IMG/VR virus record: IMGVR_UViG_3300045988_126140
Location: 1 to 64,000 of that record
Source of the DNA: a virus
Length of the DNA stretch: 64,000 nt
Strand: one strand, 5' to 3'
Shown here: positions 33,584-41,396 of the stretch, one piece after another
How the letters are laid out: the number at the start of each line of letters is the position of its first letter
How positions within the stretch are numbered: position 1 is the stretch's first letter
Notes under the pieces: model-generated
What the model was told of the DNA's origin: nothing
Seen by the model: only the letters and a program-made list of their open reading frames with translations
Database searches by the model: none
Translations under genes and position numbers: made by a program

Positions 33584-34699
33584 ATGAAAATATTAGATTT
33601 ACAAAATATATATAAAGAAAATGAAAGTGAATATATTGTATTAAAAACGTTTAAGAATGTTGTAAAAATAGCACAAGATAAATATTTGACATACCTATCC
33701 GCTTATAATATTGGTGAACTTTGGGAGAAACAACAATTAACATATTACTCTCAAACTCAAAGAGGCATAAAATATAGAAAAATTAATAATAAAATAGTAG
33801 AAAAGACAATAGTTAAAGAAAGTAATATAAATGAAATGAGTAATCTTATACTTAAAGGACAACTTAGTGTAACACAATTAAGCTTTAATGTATTAAAAAC
33901 AGATAGAGAAGTATTAAATTATAATGAAAATAAAAAAGAATTATTTATCAAAGGAAGTATATCTATATTAGATGGTATGCATAGAGTGAAGGCTTGTTAC
34001 AAAGCATATAAGTCAGCACAAATTCTTAATGACTCTAAATTAATTAACAATGCGAAATCACTTTTATTCCCTATTATTATTTCGCATTTATCTAATGAAG
34101 AAGCCAAGATTGTGTTTTCTCAAATGTCTAAAGGATTAAAAATAAGTAAATCTTTAGCCGAGAGTTTTGACAGCACTAAAGCTAGCAACCGAATCATATT
34201 AAGGTTAAATGAACATTCTGTTCTTAAAGGCATGATTGACGTAAGAAAAAATAGCGTAAGCAAAGATGATATGGAACACATAGTAACTTTTAATACCCTA
34301 AAAATGGCAATAGATGAATCGTTCCCCTCAATTAAAAATGAATCAGAAGAGAAGGAAATATATATGTTTTTATCTTCATTTTTCAATGAACTATTTTGTT
34401 TATTCCCTCACATGAAAGATGGAGAAGGACGTATATTAATCAGAAAAGAATCATTAGAATGTGAAGATATTATGTTCCATGCTTATATATCATTGGCTGA
34501 AGACTTATATATGAAGCGAAAATCTGGCAAATGGAAAGAAGAGTTAAAAGCTTTAGAAGAAATAGATTTTTCAAAATCTAATAGTATTTGGGATTGCATA
34601 ATTAAAGAAGGGAAAGAATCTTACATCACAATTAATACTAAACAATCAAGAGCATTGATGATAAGAGTGTTTAAACAAGAGTTTTATAGTAATTTGTAA
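33584..34699 (+). CDS. DGQHR/DndB-like ParB-fold protein
   Basis: QTQRG .. SILDGMHRVKA corresponds to the QR ... DGQHR pattern of DndB/DGQHR-domain proteins. It has its own TTGACA promoter (33538-33566) and its own terminator (34704-34736). Confidence 0.55.
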   Translation: MKILDLQNIYKENESEYIVLKTFKNVVKIAQDKYLTYLSAYNIGELWEKQQLTYYSQTQRGIKYRKINNKIVEKTIVKESNINEMSNLILKGQLSVTQLSFNVLKTDREVLNYNENKKELFIKGSISILDGMHRVKACYKAYKSAQILNDSKLINNAKSLLFPIIISHLSNEEAKIVFSQMSKGLKISKSLAESFDSTKASNRIILRLNEHSVLKGMIDVRKNSVSKDDMEHIVTFNTLKMAIDESFPSIKNESEEKEIYMFLSSFFNELFCLFPHMKDGEGRILIRKESLECEDIMFHAYISLAEDLYMKRKSGKWKEELKALEEIDFSKSNSIWDCIIKEGKESYITINTKQSRALMIRVFKQEFYSNL

Positions 34700-34703
34700 T
34701 TTT

Positions 34704-34736
34704 ATCACCATCTGTAAAAGGGTGGTGATTTTTATT
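34704..34736 (+). terminator. rho-independent terminator after the DGQHR gene
   Basis: Stem ATCACCATC/GGTGGTGAT (one G-U pair), an 8-nt loop, then TTTTTATTATT. Confidence 0.7.
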
Positions 34737-34739
34737 ATT

Positions 34740-34771
34740 CATAGGTAATTTTTGGCTAACGATTGTTAATA
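34740..34771 (+). promoter_or_regulatory. phage-specific promoter C7
   Basis: CATAGGTAATTT at 34740-34751 and TGTTAATA at 34764-34771. Confidence 0.65.
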
Positions 34772-34795
34772 TATTAATATAAGGAGGTAGATGTT

Positions 34796-36004
34796 ATGGA
34801 AAATCAATGTGGAGTAACAGTAGTTGATTGTATACCAGGAGCAGGTAAAACAAGCTGGGCAATCGATTATATGAATACAAATACAAATAAAAAATTTATT
34901 TATATCACACCTTATTTAGATGAAATACAAAGAGTGTTAGATGGGTGTGTAGATAGAGCTTTCTATGAACCTAAAACAGACAGAGGTGAAGGTTCTAAAT
35001 TAAAAGACTTTAACAAATTGTTAAGTCAAGGTAAGAATATCGTATCCACGCATTCACTATTTGCTATGATAGATGAAAGCACTTTAAAATATCTGAAAGA
35101 GTATAATTACACTTTAATACTTGACGAGGTATTCAATGTTGTGGAAGAAATTAAAATAACCAAAAGTGACCGAGAGATTTTATTAAGAGATAAAGTCGAC
35201 GTATCTGAAGACGGTAAATTAACATGGATTGATAAAAATTACAAAGGCATATTATTTAGGTATAAAAATGCGATTGAAAAAGGAGATTGTTACATATATG
35301 ATAATTGCTTTATGTTATGGACTTTCCCAGTCTCTATCATGAAAGCTTTAAAACATACTTACATATTAACCTATATGTTTACAGGGCAAATACAAAGGTA
35401 TTACTACGATATGAATAATGTCGAGTATGAATATAAATCAGTGAATAAAATTAATAACAAATATGAAATTGTAGATTATAATAAACATGAAGATTTATCT
35501 CATATAAAAGACTTGATAAATATATGTGACGATTCAAAATTAAATAAAATAGGTGAAGATAAATATGCATTGAGTAAATCTTGGTATATGAAACAAGATG
35601 AGAATAAAGGAGATGGATTTGATGTATTAAAAAATAATATGTATAATTATTTTAGACATAAAGTCAAAGGAAAAGGTCAAGATAATATGTTTACTTGTTT
35701 CAAAGATTTTAAGAATCAATGCAAAGGCAAGGGTTATAGTAAAGGATTTGTATCTTGCAATGCTAGAGCAACCAATGAATATAGACATAAGAAAAATTTA
35801 GCATATGTAGTAAATATATTCAATAATCCAATGATATTAAAATTCTTCAGAAGCAAAGATGTTGAAGTTGATGAAAATACATTTGCATTATCAGAATTAA
35901 TTCAATGGATGTTTAGGTCGCAGTTAAGGGATGGAAAAGAAATTAATATTTATATACCATCTAAAAGAATGAGAATATTATTAGAAAATTGGTTACAACA
36001 ATAA
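34796..36004 (+). CDS. P-loop NTPase, helicase-like
   Basis: Walker A IPGAGKTS, Walker B LILDEVFN, and a C-terminal QWMFRSQLR (helicase motif VI-like). Driven by promoter 34740-34771. Confidence 0.55.
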   Translation: MENQCGVTVVDCIPGAGKTSWAIDYMNTNTNKKFIYITPYLDEIQRVLDGCVDRAFYEPKTDRGEGSKLKDFNKLLSQGKNIVSTHSLFAMIDESTLKYLKEYNYTLILDEVFNVVEEIKITKSDREILLRDKVDVSEDGKLTWIDKNYKGILFRYKNAIEKGDCYIYDNCFMLWTFPVSIMKALKHTYILTYMFTGQIQRYYYDMNNVEYEYKSVNKINNKYEIVDYNKHEDLSHIKDLINICDDSKLNKIGEDKYALSKSWYMKQDENKGDGFDVLKNNMYNYFRHKVKGKGQDNMFTCFKDFKNQCKGKGYSKGFVSCNARATNEYRHKKNLAYVVNIFNNPMILKFFRSKDVEVDENTFALSELIQWMFRSQLRDGKEINIYIPSKRMRILLENWLQQ

Positions 36005-36125
36005 TTAAGATAAAACGTGGCAAAATTAAAAACACACATTTAAAATAATACGACAAAATTATAATATTTCAATGTTAAAAATTGTTATCTCTTATAAAAA
36101 AGTATTATATAGGGAGCTATTCGTC

Positions 36126-36156
36126 AAGAGTTTAATTTAAAACCGATTAAACTCTT
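36126..36156 (+). terminator. stem-loop terminator candidate after the NTPase gene
   Basis: 11-bp perfect stem AAGAGTTTAAT/ATTAAACTCTT with a 9-nt loop, then a T-rich TCCTCTTCACTTTTTC. Confidence 0.5.
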
Positions 36157-36224
36157 TCCTCTTCACTTTTTCATTTATTCATTACATTCATAAATTCAAA
36201 GTGACAATAATAAAAATTCAAATT

Positions 36225-36256
36225 CATAGGTAATTTTTACTCATTAATTGTTAATA
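36225..36256 (+). promoter_or_regulatory. phage-specific promoter C8
   Basis: CATAGGTAATTT at 36225-36236 and TGTTAATA at 36249-36256. Confidence 0.65.
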
Positions 36257-36281
36257 TATTAAATATAAGGGGTGATGTAAA

Positions 36282-36746
36282 TTGGATGTAATACAAAGGA
36301 ATAAAACAGAAACGATAGATACAATACATGATTTGTTAAATTGTTGGAAATTTAATATAGAAAGTGAATATTCTAATCTAATAGACTTAACTAATATAAT
36401 TCTAATTGTATCAGATAGAGATGTGGATATTATGTTAGATAAGTTATTGACTGCAATTAATACATTTGAAACATCGTTATCGTATGATAAAATAAAATGT
36501 AAAGATTTTTATTTAGTTGTGTTGAAATTTTATTTTGATAATTTAGATATTAATATACATCTACAATTTAGAGTGATATCATATGAAAAATATTTGGAAT
36601 TAACATATCATTTAAAATATAGTTGTGTGTTATTTGATATGAATTATAATAAATTCAAAGAAATTGATTTAGATAAGGCAAAGAAAATAATTAACAAAGA
36701 ACCAGAGAATATGTTTATAGATTATGGTATTATTAATTTATATTAA
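36282..36746 (+). CDS. hypothetical protein (154 aa), TTG start
   Basis: Only TTG 36282 is available after the AAGGGGTGA SD. Two ATG-TAA pairs flank the start. Confidence 0.55.
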   Translation: MDVIQRNKTETIDTIHDLLNCWKFNIESEYSNLIDLTNIILIVSDRDVDIMLDKLLTAINTFETSLSYDKIKCKDFYLVVLKFYFDNLDINIHLQFRVISYEKYLELTYHLKYSCVLFDMNYNKFKEIDLDKAKKIINKEPENMFIDYGIINLY

Positions 36747-36759
36747 AGGAGGAGATATT

Positions 36760-36795
36760 ATGGAGAATAGAACAGGTGAAAAAATAAATAATTAA
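36760..36795 (+). pseudogene. 11-codon scar of an HNH/AP2 paralog N-terminus (MENRTGEKINN*)
   Basis: AAGGAGGAG SD, then M-E-N-R-T-G-E-K-I-N-N. Matches ..DRTGEENINNFGS of the family. The scar runs into a partial 15-mer and promoter 36799. Confidence 0.5.
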
Positions 36796-36798
36796 ATT

Positions 36799-36830
36799 CA
36801 TAGGTAATTTTTATAAAAGTTTTGTTAATA
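36799..36830 (+). promoter_or_regulatory. phage-specific promoter C9 (nrdDG)
   Basis: CATAGGTAATTT at 36799-36810 and TGTTAATA at 36823-36830. Confidence 0.65.
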
Positions 36831-36854
36831 TAGTAATATGAAGGAGGTGATAAT

Positions 36855-36944
36855 GTGAATGATAGAGTACATAAATGGTTTTACATAGGCATTTGTTGTT
36901 CACTGATTAGTATTTTATTCTTTGTATTAGAAATAATTTTATAA
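36855..36944 (+). CDS. 29-aa hydrophobic peptide, GTG start
   Basis: GGAGGTGA SD. MNDRVHKWFYIGICCSLISILFFVLEIIL. The stop abuts the 15-mer at 36944. Confidence 0.4.
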   Translation: MNDRVHKWFYIGICCSLISILFFVLEIIL

Positions 36945-36958
36945 AAATAATTAATAAA
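36944..36958 (+). repeat. 15-mer (exact)
   Basis: Followed by the nrdD SD. Confidence 0.95.
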
Positions 36959-36971
36959 AAGGAGCGATTAT

Positions 36972-39230
36972 ATGATAGTTAAAAAAAGAAATGGAAATAT
37001 GGTGGCATTTGATAAAAACAAAATAATAGTAGCTATTCAAAAAGCAATGTTAGAAGTAAATATAAATACAGATAGAGCTTATGATATAACCGAAAAGGTG
37101 TTAGATAAAATATCAGATAAAAATGAAATATCTATAGAAGAAATCCAAGATATTATTGAAGAAACTTTAATAGAAAAAAATTATCCTACAGTAGCTAAAG
37201 CATATATACTTTATAGAGAAAAAAGAAAAAGAACTAGAGAGAACCAAGCTAGACTATATGAAGAATCTCAAAAACAAATATCAGAAATTATGGCAATGAA
37301 AAACATAGAAAATTCAAACGCAAATGTGGATGAGGCTTCATTTAGTGGCAAAAATTCCAAGGTAACTTCTTATTTTTTAAAAGAATATGCTTTGAATAAT
37401 TTAATGAGACCAGAGGTTGCAAAGGCACATAGAGATGGTTTATTATACACTCACGATTTAGATAATTATGCAAGTGGGATGCATAATTGTTTATTTATAG
37501 ATTTTGAAGATTTATTTAATAATAAAGGTGGTTTTACAACTAGAAATGGTGATGTAAGAAAACCAAATGATATTATGACATTTTTTCAATTAGTAGCAGT
37601 AACATTTCAATGTGCCTCTCAATGTCAATATGGTGGAATCGCTAGTAATAAAATAGATTATGATGCATCTCCTTATGTAGCTATAACCTTTAGAAAAAGT
37701 TTTAGAAATGCTTTAATGGATATAGATGGAATAAGTAAAGAACACGCAGAATTAATAATGAAAAATATAGAAGATACCAACGGAGACATTATAAAATTAG
37801 AAAATGAAAAGCTTAAATTATTTTATCCTAAACATTACAAAGTTGCAGAAAGACATACTATAGAAAAAACCATGCAAGGAGCAGAGTCTTTATACCATAA
37901 CCTTAATACTCTTGAGTCTAGAGCAGGAAGTCAAGTTCCTTTTACAAGTATAAATTTTGGGACAGACACATCACCAGAAGGAAGATTAGTATCTAAGGCG
38001 TTATTGACAGCTAGTATAAATGGTATTGGTAAATTTAATAAAACATCAATATTCCCAATAAGTATATTTAAATATGCAAAAGGAATAAATGATAAAGAAG
38101 GAACTCCAAACTACGATTTAAAATTATTAGCTTTAGAATCTTTATCAAAAAGAATATATCCTAATTTTTGCAATGTTACAATAGAGGGTGAAGGTGATAT
38201 AAATGACCCAGATACCCAATCAGCAACTATGGGATGTAGGACGAGATTGGGATATGATATAAATGGTATGGGTTGGCACAAATCTGGTAGAGGTAATATA
38301 ACACCTGTAACATTGAATCTTGTTGATATGGGAATTAGACATGGTATCTGTTTAGGTGAAAGAGATGTTGCAGATATTGACGGATTTATGGATGAATTAG
38401 AAGAAAATCTAAAATTGTCTGAAACAGCATTATTAGATAGATATGAATGGATTTGTTCTCAAAAATCTAAAAGTGGATTCTTCACTCATCACAACGGATT
38501 AATGAAAAATCTCTTAGGAAGAACGCTGAAAGATGAAGAAGATGTGAAAGAATCAATGAAACATGGTACATTAGCTTTAGGATATATAGGAATTGCAGAA
38601 TGTATGTATGCTATGTTTGGTGAAACTCATACATATAATAAAAATGTTTATAATTTTGCATTAAAAATAGTACAAAGAATCAATTCATTTGCAAAAGAGT
38701 GTGTAGAAAGAAATCATCTAAATTTTAGTTGTTATGCTACTCCAGCGGAGGGTAGTTGTTTTACATTAAGAAATAAATTAGTTGAAAAATATGGTATTAT
38801 AAAAGGTGTTACAGATAGAGAATACATAACTAACTCACACCATATACCTGTGTATGAAAAAATATCTATTAAAAACAAAATAGATTTAGAAGCACCTTTC
38901 AGTAAATTAGCGACTGGTGGATATATTTTATATGTTGAATTAGAATCATCTTTTATGAATAATATAACTGCTGTTGAAAAAATAATAGATTATGCAATGA
39001 GTAAAGATGTTTATTATTTTGCATTAAATTTTCCAATAGATACTTGTATGAATTGTGGATATTCTTCAGAAATAAAAGAAAACTGCCCAAAATGTGGCAG
39101 TAATAAAATTGAAAGACTTAGACGTGTCACAGGTTATTTAACTACTGATTATTCTAAATTTAACAATGGTAAAATAGCTGAAGTAGAAGATAGAGTTAAA
39201 CATTCTGTTGGTGATATTAATGAATATTAG
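36972..39230 (+). CDS. nrdD: anaerobic ribonucleoside-triphosphate reductase (class III)
   Basis: N-terminal ATP-cone (VKKRNGNMVAFDKNKI), C-terminal zinc ribbon CMNCGY..CPKCGS, and glycyl-radical motif RRVTGYL. Confidence 0.9.
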   Translation: MIVKKRNGNMVAFDKNKIIVAIQKAMLEVNINTDRAYDITEKVLDKISDKNEISIEEIQDIIEETLIEKNYPTVAKAYILYREKRKRTRENQARLYEESQKQISEIMAMKNIENSNANVDEASFSGKNSKVTSYFLKEYALNNLMRPEVAKAHRDGLLYTHDLDNYASGMHNCLFIDFEDLFNNKGGFTTRNGDVRKPNDIMTFFQLVAVTFQCASQCQYGGIASNKIDYDASPYVAITFRKSFRNALMDIDGISKEHAELIMKNIEDTNGDIIKLENEKLKLFYPKHYKVAERHTIEKTMQGAESLYHNLNTLESRAGSQVPFTSINFGTDTSPEGRLVSKALLTASINGIGKFNKTSIFPISIFKYAKGINDKEGTPNYDLKLLALESLSKRIYPNFCNVTIEGEGDINDPDTQSATMGCRTRLGYDINGMGWHKSGRGNITPVTLNLVDMGIRHGICLGERDVADIDGFMDELEENLKLSETALLDRYEWICSQKSKSGFFTHHNGLMKNLLGRTLKDEEDVKESMKHGTLALGYIGIAECMYAMFGETHTYNKNVYNFALKIVQRINSFAKECVERNHLNFSCYATPAEGSCFTLRNKLVEKYGIIKGVTDREYITNSHHIPVYEKISIKNKIDLEAPFSKLATGGYILYVELESSFMNNITAVEKIIDYAMSKDVYYFALNFPIDTCMNCGYSSEIKENCPKCGSNKIERLRRVTGYLTTDYSKFNNGKIAEVEDRVKHSVGDINEY

Positions 39231-39708
39231 TGGAATAGTGTATGATTCAGTTGTTGATGGAGAAGGTTTAAGAAATACAATATTTGTATCGGGCTGTTTT
39301 CATTTTTGTAAAAACTGCCATAATCCACAAACATGGGACTTTAATTATGGTTATGAGTTTACAGAAGATTTACAAGATGAATTTATAGAAAAATGCAAAG
39401 AAAATATTTTATTAAATGGAATAACTATAAGTGGGGGAGACCCTATTTATAGTTATCGAGAATTAATTCCTTTTTTAAAGAAGTATAAAAAGAAAAATCC
39501 CACACACGATATTTGGTTATATACTGGATTCAAATATGAGGGTATAAAAAACAATGAAATATTAAAATTAATAGATGTTTTAGTTGACGGAGAATATATA
39601 GAAGAATTAAAGGATTCAACATTGTCTTTTAGAGGTAGTAGTAATCAAAGAATTATAGACGTGCAAAAAAGTTTAAAAGAAAATAAAGTAATATTATTGA
39701 ATATATAA
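39220..39708 (+). CDS. nrdG: anaerobic RNR activating enzyme (radical SAM)
   Basis: CFHFCKNC (Cx3Cx2C) and GITISGGDP. ATG 39220 overlaps the nrdD end. Confidence 0.85.
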   Translation: MNISGIVYDSVVDGEGLRNTIFVSGCFHFCKNCHNPQTWDFNYGYEFTEDLQDEFIEKCKENILLNGITISGGDPIYSYRELIPFLKKYKKKNPTHDIWLYTGFKYEGIKNNEILKLIDVLVDGEYIEELKDSTLSFRGSSNQRIIDVQKSLKENKVILLNI

Positions 39709-39712
39709 ATTA

Positions 39713-39727
39713 AAAATAATTAATAAA
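39713..39727 (+). repeat. 15-mer (exact)
   Basis: After the nrdG stop. Followed by C10. Confidence 0.95.
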
Positions 39728-39759
39728 CATAGGTAATTTTTATATCAGTTTTGTTAATA
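39728..39759 (+). promoter_or_regulatory. phage-specific promoter C10 (now reading into tnpB)
   Basis: CATAGGTAATTT at 39728-39739 and TGTTAATA at 39752-39759. Confidence 0.65.
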
Positions 39760-39778
39760 CACTAATATAAGAAAAGGA

Positions 39779-39788
39779 GGTGATAATA
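39779..39788 (+). repeat. left copy of the 10-bp direct repeat GGTGATAATA flanking the TnpB element
   Basis: Identical to 41082-41091. Confidence 0.9.
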
Positions 39789-39795
39789 TTGTAAG

Positions 39796-40926
39796 ATGAA
39801 ATCATTAAAAATAAAATTATATCCTACAAAACAACAAGAAATATTATTCTACAAACATATTAATTGTCAAAGATATATTTATAATTGGGCTTTAGGTATT
39901 AACAATGAATTATATAAAGAAAATAAAATGAAATATTCTAGTAATGAATTGTGTAAAATGCTTACTCAATATAAAAAAGATAATACTTGGTTAAATGAAG
40001 TATCTAGTGCAACGTTAAAAGAATCAATTAGAAATCTAGATAAAGCTTATACTAATTTTTATAAAGGTAGAGCCAATTTACCTAAATTTAAGAGTAAAAG
40101 AAAGTCTAAATTAAGCTTTTATAGTAGATATGATAAAATTAAATTTTACCAAAATAATACTGTTAATTTAGAAAAAATAGGTAGGGTAAAATATAAATCT
40201 AGCTATAATATAGATTTGACTCAAATAATTAAATTTAGTAATCCTCATGTATCATATAATGGTAGATGTTGGATATTAACTGTAGGTATAAGTGTAGATA
40301 GTGAAATGCATAAATTAACAAATGAAGTAATAGGAATAGATTTAGGCATAAAAGAATTAGCAATATGTAGTAATGGAATGATATTTAAAAATATAAACAA
40401 AGATTTAACTATTAAGAAATTAGAAAAACGACTTAAAAGATTGCAAAGAAAAGTAAGTAAAAAATATGAATTAAATAAAGAAGGGAGGAGTTATCAAAAA
40501 TCTAATAATATAATTAAACTTGAAAATAAAATAAATAGATTATATCGAAAATTACATAATATAAGATTAAATTATATACATCAAACAACTTCTACAATAG
40601 TGAAAACCAAACCTTGTATGATAGTTATGGAAGATTTATGTATTAAAAATATGATGAAAAATAAATCAATTGCTAAACAAGTTCAAAAGATAGGGTTATA
40701 TGAATTTATTAGACAGATGAAGTATAAATGCGAATGGAATGGTATCAGATTTGAACAAGTAGATAGATATTTCCCATCAAGCAAAATATGTAGTAATTGT
40801 TTTAATATAAAGAAAGATTTAAAATTATCTGATAGAACATATTATTGTGAAAAATGTGGTTTAACTATTGATAGAGATTTTAATGCAAGTATTAATCTTA
40901 TGAATTATGGAAAGTCATTATTATAA
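39796..40926 (+). CDS. tnpB: TnpB (IS200/IS605-family RNA-guided nuclease)
   Basis: N-terminal KIKLYPTKQQE motif. RuvC triad GIDLGIKE (D), VMEDLCIKNM (E), DRDFNASINL (D). Zinc finger CSNC..CEKC. Confidence 0.9.
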   Translation: MKSLKIKLYPTKQQEILFYKHINCQRYIYNWALGINNELYKENKMKYSSNELCKMLTQYKKDNTWLNEVSSATLKESIRNLDKAYTNFYKGRANLPKFKSKRKSKLSFYSRYDKIKFYQNNTVNLEKIGRVKYKSSYNIDLTQIIKFSNPHVSYNGRCWILTVGISVDSEMHKLTNEVIGIDLGIKELAICSNGMIFKNINKDLTIKKLEKRLKRLQRKVSKKYELNKEGRSYQKSNNIIKLENKINRLYRKLHNIRLNYIHQTTSTIVKTKPCMIVMEDLCIKNMMKNKSIAKQVQKIGLYEFIRQMKYKCEWNGIRFEQVDRYFPSSKICSNCFNIKKDLKLSDRTYYCEKCGLTIDRDFNASINLMNYGKSLL

Positions 40927-41091
40927 GAATTTCTATAACATGTAGTGTTTCGTTAAACACGAATTTACGCCTTTGGACTATTAATAACTAGAGTAGGTAT
41001 TTTTCTGAAATAGAATAGAATGAAAAAGGAATGAAGATTTATTTAAGTTTAATTTATAGATTTTTATAGATTTTCGATAACGGTGATAATA
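40927..41091 (+). ncRNA. putative omega RNA (reRNA) scaffold of TnpB
   Basis: About 165 nt of non-coding sequence lies directly 3' of tnpB. It has hairpins (GTGTTTcgttAAACAC at ~40945-40960) and a tandem TTATAGATTTT x2. The location is canonical for TnpB guide RNAs; the fold was not verified. Confidence 0.4.
41082..41091 (+). repeat. right copy of the 10-bp direct repeat GGTGATAATA
   Basis: Identical to 39779-39788. Followed by the leader ATG-TAA at 41095-41100. Confidence 0.9.
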
Positions 41092-41155
41092 AAAATGTAA
41101 AATACATTCTAAATAAAATATTAATAAAAATAACAAATTTTAAGGAGATGATGTT

Positions 41156-41395
41156 ATGGTAATGATTTTTATAGATTCAAAAATAGAACATCTGCAAGAA
41201 ATCGTAGGACAAAGGGTTAGTTTGGATTTTGATAGTATGACAGGTGAATTATATATTAATGCATTACAAACAGGAAAATATATCAAATTATCATCTAATA
41301 TAAATATAAATAATGAAGGTAGATATGTAATAATTTCAGATAATGATAATGACAGTTTATTTATAATGAAAGATTTAGAAGGAGATGAAATATAA
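41156..41395 (+). CDS. hypothetical protein (79 aa)
   Basis: TAAGGAGAT SD at the end of the leader. Confidence 0.7.
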   Translation: MVMIFIDSKIEHLQEIVGQRVSLDFDSMTGELYINALQTGKYIKLSSNININNEGRYVIISDNDNDSLFIMKDLEGDEI

Positions 41396-41396
41396 T

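Larger units (their letters stand above)
39789..41091 (+). mobile_element. TnpA-less TnpB element inserted into a conserved transcript leader (ends ambiguous within a 10-bp direct repeat)
   Basis: GGTGATAATA occurs at 39779-39788 and 41082-41091. Removing one copy plus the intervening 1293 nt recreates the leader family sequence GGAGGTGATAA(TA)AAAATGTAAAATA seen at 29403-29425. Confidence 0.7.

Noticed and set aside
36005-36224. The AT-rich region with ATTCA(T/A) iterations could be the phage replication origin.
   Set aside because: It is not rejected outright, but the evidence is insufficient. The repeats are short and irregularly spaced, and could be decayed copies of the promoter upstream box (ATTCATAGG). 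No initiator gene with matching specificity is identified. It is kept only as a low-confidence remark.
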